Assembly: GCA_016715865.1 (NCBI GenBank)
Contig: JADJXM010000001.1
Location: 417,572-481,571 of the forward strand
Direction of reading: 5' to 3'
Length of the DNA stretch: 64,000 nt
Source of the DNA: Acidobacteriota bacterium
GTDB taxonomy: Bacteria; Acidobacteriota; Blastocatellia; RBC074
Below the pieces are notes generated by a model. That model was not told the origin of the DNA. It saw only the letters and a list, made by a program, of their open reading frames with translations, and made no database searches. The translations under genes were made by a program, and so were the position numbers. Shown in pieces: positions 16,876-36,704 of the stretch (within the stretch, counting starts at the first letter, position 1; each line of letters starts with the position of its first letter).

Positions 16876-17682
16876 ATGAAACCAACCAGACTAGGTAAAC
16901 TATTACTGGCCTTGCTATGGCTTGCTTTAGGCAGCCCAGCACACACTGATAAGATAGATCTGGAGAGCGACCAGAACATCAGGAAATTGCTAGCGGAAAT
17001 GCGAGACCCACTCGTCAACAAGGCCGAATTATCCAAGCTCTTTCAGATCGGAGACAAGCAGATCAATGATCTGGTAAGCGCTCTTGAAGATTCAGACCGG
17101 CAAATCAGTTTGCGCGCTCAAATCGTGATCCGCTATCTGGGAAGTGAAGCCGGAATGTCTGAGTTAATTGAGTGGTACGGAAAGCAGCAGCAGTTTTCTA
17201 TGTCAGGTCCGATTCCTTCGCCATTAAGAAAGTGGGACTACAAAGTTATCAAGATGAACTACCTGAATCAACCTGCTGGAAGCTGGGTTTCAGTTGAAAG
17301 GTACATATATGCGCTCGCTATTGATGGATCTTCAGAAGCAAGTGTGACTCTGGCTCAAATAGCCGAAATGGTTAGAGTTATGGACGAAGGAGCAGTCGCC
17401 AAACGAGCGGTGCAACTCGTAAAGACCGCAAATGCGGGAGCAGCCTTGGGTAGCAATAAGGATTTAGCAAACTTGGTACTAAAGAATGCATTCTTCATTC
17501 TCACTGAAGATCGGAAAAATGCATCTGCACAACTTCTCGCCTTCAGTCATACAAGAGACAAAGCACTGGTCGAAGTGAGGGTCAATCGTGGGAGTTTTTC
17601 AGAAGAGTGGTATCATGTTGTGATGCGCAAACAAGGATCAGAATGGTACTTCTTGTCAATTACTCCTCTAGCTATCTCCTGA
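16876..17682 (+). CDS. candidate cognate immunity protein (secreted/lipoprotein-like, helical-repeat)
   Basis: It sits immediately downstream of the RHS toxin tip. Signal peptide MKPTRLGKLLLALLWLALGS. The coding region is AT-richer than the flanks. ATG at 16876 follows a TAA of the alternative toxin frame in a TAAAATG junction. Confidence 0.55.
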   Translation: MKPTRLGKLLLALLWLALGSPAHTDKIDLESDQNIRKLLAEMRDPLVNKAELSKLFQIGDKQINDLVSALEDSDRQISLRAQIVIRYLGSEAGMSELIEWYGKQQQFSMSGPIPSPLRKWDYKVIKMNYLNQPAGSWVSVERYIYALAIDGSSEASVTLAQIAEMVRVMDEGAVAKRAVQLVKTANAGAALGSNKDLANLVLKNAFFILTEDRKNASAQLLAFSHTRDKALVEVRVNRGSFSEEWYHVVMRKQGSEWYFLSITPLAIS

Positions 17683-17857
17683 ACGAATCAACCAAAGTAC
17701 GGTCGGCTGATTGATGAAAAGGTCAATTGAATAACGTCATTGTGAAGAGTGTTTTGAAGACACCTCACGCAGAGGATAGCTGACAAGCCCTCCTTACTTG
17801 ACCAAAAGCCGAAACGAGGCGTGAGCCAAGCACTTGACTCATTCGTCGGAGCGAAGG

Positions 17858-18181
17858 CTACGAGCTTTTCTTCATAGTCAGAGAGTCGAAATACCTGTCA
17901 GCTACTTTCTCGAGTACCTTCTGCCAGTCAGGAGAAAGAGGTCGAGTCGGATCAAAACCCGCCGCTTGAGACAGAGTCGTGGAATCCTGAGCCGCCTGCC
18001 TGGTTTCGATAATCGCCTGATAAATAGCTTCAGATTGTTCGCCGGCGAGCCTGGCGATCTGATCTTTGATCTTCTTGCCCTGGAGACCGCTGCCGTAAAG
18101 CGCGGCTCTGGTTCCAGGCACTGGGTCAGCCGCCGAAGGAATCTTCTTGCCGGTTCTGCGTTTGGCCAGTTTGCGCACCAT
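17858..18181 (-). CDS. small hypothetical protein (107 aa)
   Basis: ORF with ATG at 18181. No SD and no recognisable motif. The overlapping plus-strand ORF is Arg-rich and looks off-frame. Confidence 0.3.
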   Translation of the reverse strand: MVRKLAKRRTGKKIPSAADPVPGTRAALYGSGLQGKKIKDQIARLAGEQSEAIYQAIIETRQAAQDSTTLSQAAGFDPTRPLSPDWQKVLEKVADRYFDSLTMKKSS

Positions 18182-18285
18182 CGAGCGCTTATCGAAAGTA
18201 ACTGCGAAACTCGCGCAACAGTCTTTTCATACCATTTATGACCGGTGGAGCAACCGGAAGATCGACATAGCCGCATCTTTAACAA

Positions 18286-19194
18286 TCAGTCAAGTTTCGG
18301 GAAGCCATCGATTCCACCGAGGCTGCGCGTCGAAAGCGCTCCGCAGAGATTGCCGATCCGCAGGCACTTTTCGGTAGGCTCTTCCTTGAGCCATCCGTAC
18401 AGAAATCCGGCGTCGAAGCAGTCTCCCGCTCCCGTCGTATCGACCGGAGTGACGGGGATCGACTCGCCTCTGACCAGATTCCCGTCATCAAGCATCGCCG
18501 ACCCTTTTGCTCCCAGCTTGAGAACCGTTGAGATGCCGTGATCCACCAGCCATAGCAGCATCTTCTCAGGCTCCGTCTCTCCGCTGATCAATTCGGCTTC
18601 ACGTTCATTGGGCAGAAAAAGATCGACCGATCGCAGACCGTCGAGTGCGCGCGAATCGGTCAGCCAACTGGTCTGCCAGCCGACGTCGATGGATATGGTG
18701 CATCCGGCCGAATGAAGGTCCTTCGACAAATCGATCAGGAAATGGAAGTCTATAGGGAATGCTATATGGATGTGACGAGCGTTTCGCATCGATAATATCC
18801 ACTCAGAAGTTTTCATGGCTTCTGCCAGATATTTGTTCGCGCCGGTATAAGTGAAATAAGCACGGTCTTCCGAGGTCGAAACGCTGACGGTCAATCCCGT
18901 CGGCTCGGATGGATGGTCGTGCAAGAGGGCTGTCGAAACCCCGCAGGATAAGATTCGATCGCGAAACCACACGCTGTCATCGCTACCGACCGACGCGAGC
19001 AGAGCGGTTTTGAGTCCCAACCGTGAAAGCCCGCAGGCTGTAATGGCCGCGCCTCCGCCGATTTCACGGTGCAACTGTTCGGCGAACGATTCCTCGCCAG
19101 GCTGTGGCCAGGCTGGAAACCCGCTCATGACCAGATCGATGAAGACATCGCCGATTGTGATCACGTCCCATTCTTTAGTGGGTGTCCTGTTCAT
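18286..19194 (-). CDS. PfkB-family carbohydrate kinase (ribokinase-like)
   Basis: Has the DTTGAGDCFDAGF signature and an N-terminal GDVFIDL motif. Confidence 0.85.
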   Translation of the reverse strand: MNRTPTKEWDVITIGDVFIDLVMSGFPAWPQPGEESFAEQLHREIGGGAAITACGLSRLGLKTALLASVGSDDSVWFRDRILSCGVSTALLHDHPSEPTGLTVSVSTSEDRAYFTYTGANKYLAEAMKTSEWILSMRNARHIHIAFPIDFHFLIDLSKDLHSAGCTISIDVGWQTSWLTDSRALDGLRSVDLFLPNEREAELISGETEPEKMLLWLVDHGISTVLKLGAKGSAMLDDGNLVRGESIPVTPVDTTGAGDCFDAGFLYGWLKEEPTEKCLRIGNLCGALSTRSLGGIDGFPKLD

Positions 19195-19270
19195 GTGTAA
19201 CGCCAGTCGCCAATAGCGGGATCAGGTATTCTCTGTGCTCTCTGTGCCTCCGTGGTATGAGAACTGTATT

Positions 19271-20638
<1,368 letters not shown>

Positions 20639-20643
20639 GTTTA

Positions 20644-22881
<2,238 letters not shown>

Positions 22882-22899
22882 ATCAATATTTGATCGAAG

Positions 22900-23048
22900 A
22901 TGTTTCCAGTGGGAAAAGTTTCCAGTTTCCAGTCGTTTCACCACGCTTCGTAGTCATCAATATCACAATCGTTGCAAGCTGACAGATAAGTTGCACTATC
23001 TAAGAACACTGGAAACTGGAAACTTCTTCCACTGGAAACTTCTTACTA
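22900..23048. promoter_or_regulatory. array of AAGTTTCCAG / CTGGAAAC repeat motifs in inverted arrangement upstream of the E1 gene
   Basis: GTTTCCAGTGGGAAAAGTTTCCAGTTTCCAG at 22901-22935 and CACTGGAAACTGGAAACTTCTTCCACTGGAAAC at 23007-23045. The same module recurs at 38421-38480. Confidence 0.4.
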
Positions 23049-23052
23049 CTTT

Positions 23053-25728
23053 CTACTTTTTACTCATCGAGATGAGATTGGCGAACAGTCGATAGGCGCC
23101 TTCGACTCCCGCCGGGAGCTGCCGGTAAAAGGCATAAGCTGCATAGGTGAAAGTCCCTTTGCCGTAACGGGCAAAAAGCAATCCTCCGCGTTGAGGCGCC
23201 TGACCGCGATCGTTGCATTCCAGGAGCGGCTGGTAACGGCTGTCCCATTCGGCGAGCCATTTCGATCCGCGTTCTTCGACCCAGCCGTCGAAAGCAGATG
23301 CCGTAATCCTGTTCGGCCAGGTGAAGACAGGGTGTTCCGGATCCAGAATCGTTACCCGGGAATCCTCTTCCGACACCTCTTCGGGATTACGCCCCATTTT
23401 GTAGGGATAGGGGCCGTATGCAAGTTCATCAAATTCAGGAGTCTGATACTGCCAGATCAGGTTACCTCCGCGTTCGACATAATCCAGCAGCCGCCGGTTG
23501 TAGGATTTCACATCGGAGCGCACCGCCGAGGCGCGAATGCCGATGACGATGGCGTCGTACTTTTCAAGCGGACCTTCGGCCAGCTCAGCTGCGCCAAGCA
23601 TCGAAACTTTTACCCCGATCTGTTCAAGCGCGGAAGGCACCTCGTCGCCGACACCCATGATATAGCCGACGTGCAATCCGGCGGCGACTTTGGCATCGAC
23701 TCCTTTGACCTCCATGACCGCCGGGCGATAGAGATTTCGAGGTTCAAGATCAGGGTGAGCGATCGCACGATATCCTTCAAGATAACTGCGGCCTCCGTAT
23801 TCGGCGATCGCCTGAATCCGGTAAACGGTCTTCCTTTGAACCGATGGAATCGTGACCTGAAAAGCGAAGCCGCTCTCTTCGCCTTCGTTGGAAAATCTCA
23901 ACGGATGAGTTTCAGGTTCCGATTTCCAGCCCTCGGGCAGTTGCAACCTGAGCTGCCCTACGACCTTTCCCTTGACGTTGCTCGAAACATTGACCGTCAC
24001 AGAGTAACGCGTACTGGCTGCATCGAGCGCGACCACGCCGATGCGTGGAGTGAGAGTGAGGTTGATTGCCGGAGCAATTGTCAGCAGCCGGCGCTGCTCT
24101 CCGAGTGGAGCGACGTTATACGATGTCTGAGCAGGCTGTGAAATCTGAAAAGTCACGCCGTCAACCTGGTAACTCAGCACGCCCGTCAAAACGGGAGGGG
24201 GAAAAGGCAGGCCGGCATTTCGCGGATCGTCGAATCTGTATTTATGATCGCGAATCTCGCTCGAGCGTGACCAGTGAGGTCGCGAATATTTTGCGTTATC
24301 GGCAACACGGACCTTGAACCGGCTGCTCGAAGTTTCGTTGTAACCAAGTGTATTCGCGCCGGAAGATATGCTATCGATGGTTGAGAAGTTGCCAGCTTCA
24401 GCCACCAGTTTCGGAGGTGCTGGAATCGTTAAACTGGCGCGGCTGCGATTGACAATCTTCATCGTCAAAGTGAACTCCTGTCCGGGGATGGCCACGGCGA
24501 AAGTCTTGCGAGGCATGAACATCGCCATCTGACCTTCGACAGGGTTATCAGGATCGACGAGGACTTCAGCGTGCAGCCCGAGAGCCAGATTCATCGCATC
24601 GTTGAATTCACGGTCCTTGTTTTTGAGCAGGAAGAGCAGGTGGTCTTTTTGAACCGGACCAGGACTGTATGAGGAGACGTTGTCGATCAGCGAGCGCAGC
24701 CTTCGCGCTCCAACGGCCAGATCCGTTGCGATCGTCCACGGGGTCCTGGCGTCGAATCGTCTGAGCGCCGATTCAACCCTGGCATTGATCGCCTGAAGCT
24801 CGGCAGTCAGGGCGGCATTTCCGGCCGCGACCCTGGATAATCCGAGGATCGAAGTATCGATTCCATCAAACAGACTCTCTTCCTTCTCATTTCGCGGCAG
24901 AACGGTCTCAGCCAACTGGACCGATGAGAAGGACGAGCCAGGCGAAGGTCTGCCTCTGCCCATCGACTGTGAGCGGTGCATACTGTAACCAGCCATTGCG
25001 ATTTCGCGGTAGGATCGCCCCATCAACGGGTTGTATTCACCGACGTCGATCTTCAATGATGATGTTTCATTCGGACGGGTGCTCAGATAGAGTTTTTTGA
25101 CTTGCCACGCTCTAAGCCCTTCCCTTATCTGTTCAGGGAAACTGTTCTGATCGGCAGCGGCTTTGAATGCCTCGATGCTCAGCAACCCGGATGCCTGATG
25201 ATTTCCATGTCCGTCGCGGGCCTTGCCGTGAAACCGCGAGACGATGACGTCGGGCCGGTACATCCTGATGACTCGCACCATCTCGCGCAGCACATTCTCT
25301 TTTCCCCAATGCTCGATCGTTTCATCAAGCCGCTTCGAAAAACCGAAATCTGACATCGAGGTGAAGAACTGGGCATCCAGACCGTAGAAGCGGTCGGCAG
25401 CCAGCAGCTCTTCGGTGCGCAGAACTCCGAGCGCATCGTAAAGTTCGGGGCCGATCAGATTCGCTCCGCCCTCGCCGCGGTTGATTGTGAGCATCCCTGT
25501 TCTCACGCCCTGCCCGCGGGCCAGCCATGTCAGCAGCGCCGCATCTTCGTCGTCCGGATGAGCCGTTGTATGCAGAACCGTGGCGGTCGTTCGCAATCTG
25601 AGCAATGCCTGCCAGGCAGCTGCTGCGCCTCGGTCCTCGTTTACATCGCGAATCTGCGCCGCCGACCGGCCGGCGTGTCCGCTCACAAGCAAACAGGACA
25701 ATAGAACGAGTGTCACGATCCTTCTCAT
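23053..25728 (-). CDS. secreted multidomain protein: N-terminal PIG-L/LmbE-family deacetylase with a C-terminal ThuA-like class-I glutamine-amidotransferase-like domain
   Basis: Signal peptide, HPDDEDAALL motif of LmbE deacetylases. The C-terminal region has GYIMGVGDEV...YDAIVIGIRA...GGNLIWQYQ, resembling the ThuA/GATase1-like fold. Confidence 0.65.
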   Translation of the reverse strand: MRRIVTLVLLSCLLVSGHAGRSAAQIRDVNEDRGAAAAWQALLRLRTTATVLHTTAHPDDEDAALLTWLARGQGVRTGMLTINRGEGGANLIGPELYDALGVLRTEELLAADRFYGLDAQFFTSMSDFGFSKRLDETIEHWGKENVLREMVRVIRMYRPDVIVSRFHGKARDGHGNHQASGLLSIEAFKAAADQNSFPEQIREGLRAWQVKKLYLSTRPNETSSLKIDVGEYNPLMGRSYREIAMAGYSMHRSQSMGRGRPSPGSSFSSVQLAETVLPRNEKEESLFDGIDTSILGLSRVAAGNAALTAELQAINARVESALRRFDARTPWTIATDLAVGARRLRSLIDNVSSYSPGPVQKDHLLFLLKNKDREFNDAMNLALGLHAEVLVDPDNPVEGQMAMFMPRKTFAVAIPGQEFTLTMKIVNRSRASLTIPAPPKLVAEAGNFSTIDSISSGANTLGYNETSSSRFKVRVADNAKYSRPHWSRSSEIRDHKYRFDDPRNAGLPFPPPVLTGVLSYQVDGVTFQISQPAQTSYNVAPLGEQRRLLTIAPAINLTLTPRIGVVALDAASTRYSVTVNVSSNVKGKVVGQLRLQLPEGWKSEPETHPLRFSNEGEESGFAFQVTIPSVQRKTVYRIQAIAEYGGRSYLEGYRAIAHPDLEPRNLYRPAVMEVKGVDAKVAAGLHVGYIMGVGDEVPSALEQIGVKVSMLGAAELAEGPLEKYDAIVIGIRASAVRSDVKSYNRRLLDYVERGGNLIWQYQTPEFDELAYGPYPYKMGRNPEEVSEEDSRVTILDPEHPVFTWPNRITASAFDGWVEERGSKWLAEWDSRYQPLLECNDRGQAPQRGGLLFARYGKGTFTYAAYAFYRQLPAGVEGAYRLFANLISMSKK

Positions 25729-25921
25729 CGGTTCTCCCCCACATCAGGATGTCAGATTGTTTTCTGTTTTGATATTTCGTCAGATTAGTCGGCCAAAGAT
25801 AGCATGGCCGGCGAAAAAGTCGAAGGTTTCATCCTGAACTATTTGGCTTCCGAAATCGTTGCCGCACGAATTCACGCGTGCTATCTTGACGCACATGCGA
25901 GGCCTTGAAATCTCAGACCAT

Positions 25922-26515
25922 ATGAAGATCACACCTCAGCAAATAATCGCCGGATACTCGCAGGGCTATTTTCCGATGGCTCGCGGACGGTTCGGTGAGA
26001 TCGAATGGTTCGTCGCCGATCCGCGCACAATCATTCCCCTCGATGAGCGTTTTCATATTCGCAGATCGCTTCGTCAGACCATGCGCAAACTGGATTACAC
26101 AGTCCGTATCGATTCGGACTTTCCGGCAGTCATCAGAGCCTGCGCGCGCCACGATGAGGTCGCCTGGCACGAGATCTGGCTGAGCGAGGAGATGATCGAA
26201 CTCTATATCGAACTGCATCGCCTGGGTTATGCACATTCAGTCGAAGTCTGGATCGATGACCGGCTCTCCGGCGGGCTGTATGGAATTGCATTGAAGGGCG
26301 CTTTCTTCGGTGAGTCGATGTTCAGCCTTGTCCCATCGGCTTCCCAGATCGCCCTCGTCGCTCTGGCGCAAAGGTTACGTGAGCGAGGCTACCTGTTACT
26401 GGATGCCCAGATGAGAACTCCGCATATCGGCTATTTCGGAGCCATCGATGTCACTCCGGATGAGTATCAGAAGCTTCTGACAGAGGCATTACAGGTCGAT
26501 TGCAGTTTCGCTTGA
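25922..26515 (+). CDS. aat: leucyl/phenylalanyl-tRNA--protein transferase
   Basis: Contains GYSQGYFPMA, W..P..R, the GESMFS motif and an overall Aat-like sequence. Confidence 0.8.
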   Translation: MKITPQQIIAGYSQGYFPMARGRFGEIEWFVADPRTIIPLDERFHIRRSLRQTMRKLDYTVRIDSDFPAVIRACARHDEVAWHEIWLSEEMIELYIELHRLGYAHSVEVWIDDRLSGGLYGIALKGAFFGESMFSLVPSASQIALVALAQRLRERGYLLLDAQMRTPHIGYFGAIDVTPDEYQKLLTEALQVDCSFA

Positions 26516-26523
26516 GATTCTAT

Positions 26524-26681
26524 TAAATCGCAGAGGCCGCAAAGAGGCAAAGAATTAATCGCAAAGGCCGCAAAGGGGCAGAGATTTTTTGGTGATATGA
26601 ATATCCGGGTTATTGCCCACTGGATATAATTCGAACACTTATCTTCCCTGTATATCTTTGCTCCTTTGCGACCTCTGCGAT
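26524..26681. repeat. long imperfect inverted-repeat element just 3' of aat (arms AATCGCAGAGGCCGCAAAGAGGCAAAG / CTTTGCTCCTTTGCGACCTCTGCGATT)
   Basis: 27-bp arms separated by ~100 bp. The left arm is internally duplicated. It is compositionally related to the 39478 and 41110 repeats (NCGC...GGC..CAAAGA...AATT). Confidence 0.45.
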
Positions 26682-26713
26682 TCACTAGTTCAAAGACTTG
26701 GGCTACAGAGTAC

Positions 26714-27592
26714 TCACTCTCCAAAGATCTTCCCCAGATTGACACCTCCGCTGCTCGACTGACTTGGGAAGAAGGGTTTCATCACCCCTGCGAAGGCTGC
26801 AAGGTTGCGTGTCTGAATGAGGATCTCTCCCGGGCCAGTGAATTCGGCCACAATACCTTCTCCGCTGAGCAGGCTTCGAAACCAGCCGGATGCAGCGGCC
26901 TTACGGAGGTTGTAGGGCATATGGCCCTCCCAGGCGACAAGATGGCCCGTATCAACGACATACTTTTCACCGTATCCGAGTTTTTTCCGATGAATCGCGC
27001 CGAATGAAGAGACAAGAAGCAGTCCGGTTCCCTGAACCTGGAGGACGAATAGACCCTCGCCGCCGAAAAATGATTTCGCTCCGCCCCAGCGGGTATCGAT
27101 TGTCAGACTTGTGTCGCCGGCCAGATATGAACTCGACTGAACATAAAATATCTGGTTCGACATCTCGATGGCGGCAATATCCCCTGGCGTCGAAGGGGCA
27201 AGTGTGACCTCACCCTTGCCTCCGCGAGCTGTAAAAGTCGAGATAAATGCCGTCTCACCGCCGACGGCCCGTTTGAGCGCCCCTGCAAGTCCGCCTTTCA
27301 TCTGTGAATTCAGTTCGACGTGGCCTGACATCGAGACCATGGCGCCCGCTTCGGCCTGGATTGATTGCTCCGCCTGAAGCTGGACTACCGCCAGCGCGAA
27401 GGCTGATCCGTGAAGAATCTCGAAATTATAGCCGCGACCGCTTCCGCGACCATCGGCGTCGATATGAATGCCGGCGCCCGCTCCGGCAGGTGGCGCGCCG
27501 GATACGCCCGCCCCGGCGCTCAGATTAGATCCACATGCGCTGCAAAAAAGAGCGCCATCTGGTAAATATGTTCCGCAGACAGGACAGTTCAT
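26714..27592 (-). CDS. AIM24/TIGR00266-family protein with an N-terminal zinc-ribbon
   Basis: N-terminal CPVCGTYLPDGALFCSACG zinc ribbon. The remainder resembles the AIM24/DUF124 family. SD GAGGGAAA lies before ATG 27592. Confidence 0.6.
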   Translation of the reverse strand: MNCPVCGTYLPDGALFCSACGSNLSAGAGVSGAPPAGAGAGIHIDADGRGSGRGYNFEILHGSAFALAVVQLQAEQSIQAEAGAMVSMSGHVELNSQMKGGLAGALKRAVGGETAFISTFTARGGKGEVTLAPSTPGDIAAIEMSNQIFYVQSSSYLAGDTSLTIDTRWGGAKSFFGGEGLFVLQVQGTGLLLVSSFGAIHRKKLGYGEKYVVDTGHLVAWEGHMPYNLRKAAASGWFRSLLSGEGIVAEFTGPGEILIQTRNLAAFAGVMKPFFPSQSSSGGVNLGKIFGE

Positions 27593-27733
27593 GTGCGTTT
27601 CCCTCACAGGTTGAGCCGTTACTCCGATTCTTTGGTTGACAATGATGACAAGCAAGCTAAGATTACGTTTTCAGTCAGCGTCTTGCAACACCCAAAAATG
27701 ATTGTTGTCAAACCAGCAAATGGAGTCTCGATC

Positions 27734-33204
<5,471 letters not shown>

Positions 33205-33210
33205 TTCCGT

Positions 33211-33295
33211 CCACAAAGTACACAAAGAAGACACAAAGGAAGAGCAAGAATGACAGGGGATCTCTCTCTTTGTGTTTACTTCGTGTTCTTTGTGG
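33211..33295. terminator. bidirectional terminator-like hairpin built from CACAAAG heptamer repeats between convergent eno and ATP-grasp genes
   Basis: CCACAAAGTACACAAAGAAGACACAAAGG ... CTCTTTGTGTTTACTTCGTGTTCTTTGTGG: three direct CACAAAG units followed by three inverted CTTTGTG units. Confidence 0.45.
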
Positions 33296-33303
33296 ATCAT
33301 ATA

Positions 33304-34653
33304 TTAGTTATCGATGATCAGCATCGGAACAGCCGAGCCGCCGCCCGCCGTAACGTTGAGCAGGGAAGAGGATGAGAGCCTGACTCCGGCCGCTTCGACG
33401 CTCTCTCCACACCAGGTGTACGGGTCTAGATCCAGAAATCGCTCTTCCATCTCGATTCCTCTGTTGCCGATAACCGGAAAGGTCTCTTTCGACATTTCGA
33501 CGCGTTCCTGTACGACGAACGGCGCTCCGAGAGCGTCGGTGATCGATCGCTGCCACTGCTCGTCTGCGCACTCCCATCCCAATGTGACGCCTCTGCCACC
33601 ATAATCTCCGCTTGGTTTGAGGACCAGATGTTCCCTGTGCAATTGTACGAAATCGATCAGGTCTACTTTTCGCCCGCGCCATGTCGTGAAGCCCTCACGC
33701 AGTCGACGCGTCCATGGGATGTGCTGTCGCAGGGCTGAAATTTCGTCAACCGTGAAGAGGTTGGAGTATTCAGGATCATCGAGCAGCGCAAAAAGGATCT
33801 TTTTCGATAACATCTGCACCCGGAATGAATTGACGACGCAGACAGCACGCTCTTTTGCCGCGACAGCCAGGGGATGCCCTGAATCGCAGCGCTCGATAAA
33901 TTCGGCTGTTACAATGCGCTTGTATACCAGATCGATCATGAAGTCGCCGGCCCGCAGCAGGCCACCACGGTATTCCAGTTCCCCAGGATCGACGATCATT
34001 GTCGGGCAACCCATCGATTCGAAATATTCCCTGCAGATCTCGAACTCGCTGCGCGTCTGCACTTCTTTCCAGTCGACTATCGCAATGCGTGGCATCCTGT
34101 TCGGCCGGGACAGGTTCCATTGTGAAAAGCTGTTGAGCAGCGCGTCGAAGAGGAGCGGTCTGACCGGAATCCGCCGCAGAGGATGTCTCTTCGAGAACTC
34201 CCGTACGACCTCCATCTCCATAAATATCTCGCCCAGCACATCGCCAAAGAGCAGTCCGCCCGGACTGTCCGCATTGTATTCGACGAACCTGAAATCGCCG
34301 TCCGCATCGAGAAACGCGTCGAGCCGGCCGCTGGCGTCAGACGCACTGTAACCAGGATCGATCGAAATAATCTCTTCCTCAGCCGGTGTCAGCTCGAGAT
34401 TCGCTCGCAGTTCGTGATTGTCCAGCAGCGTCCGGCCCAGCCTGTAGATGGCCGAAAGAACCATCGCCGAGCCGTGTCGAATCCGGTCGTACCGGGATGA
34501 GGTGAGCAAAAAGGGGCGCAACACGTTGCAGATCGGGCGGTTTCCGAACGACAGGTTATGGCGCTCGATTCCGGCATTCAGCGTCTGTATTGCCTGCTCC
34601 TCCAGCGATCCCCTGAGAAGTGCATGGTAGTCTTCGATGGCGCGTTCATTCAT
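33304..34653 (-). CDS. circularly permuted ATP-grasp type 2 family protein (COG2308-like)
   Basis: Length and overall sequence resemble the circularly permuted ATP-grasp / glutathionylspermidine-synthase-like family. Confidence 0.6.
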   Translation of the reverse strand: MNERAIEDYHALLRGSLEEQAIQTLNAGIERHNLSFGNRPICNVLRPFLLTSSRYDRIRHGSAMVLSAIYRLGRTLLDNHELRANLELTPAEEEIISIDPGYSASDASGRLDAFLDADGDFRFVEYNADSPGGLLFGDVLGEIFMEMEVVREFSKRHPLRRIPVRPLLFDALLNSFSQWNLSRPNRMPRIAIVDWKEVQTRSEFEICREYFESMGCPTMIVDPGELEYRGGLLRAGDFMIDLVYKRIVTAEFIERCDSGHPLAVAAKERAVCVVNSFRVQMLSKKILFALLDDPEYSNLFTVDEISALRQHIPWTRRLREGFTTWRGRKVDLIDFVQLHREHLVLKPSGDYGGRGVTLGWECADEQWQRSITDALGAPFVVQERVEMSKETFPVIGNRGIEMEERFLDLDPYTWCGESVEAAGVRLSSSSLLNVTAGGGSAVPMLIIDN

Positions 34654-34795
34654 AGGGTTAAACTCTTGGCACTGGTCACTGACTGCCGTATATTATCATC
34701 GGTTTTGTCGATCGTCGCAGTGCGATGACAAGCAATATAACTTAGCTGAATCTAAAGACATCAATACAGCACAGGCCAGAACAGGAAATTTACCA

Positions 34796-36668
<1,873 letters not shown>

Positions 36669-36704
36669 TAGCGCCGCTTCATTCCCAACAATAGAGATTA
36701 AGCA

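Noticed and set aside
17834-18241. 135-aa plus-strand ORF MTHSSERRLRAF...
   Set aside because: Arg-rich, no motif. The opposite-strand 107-aa ORF looks more protein-like, and it too is low-confidence.
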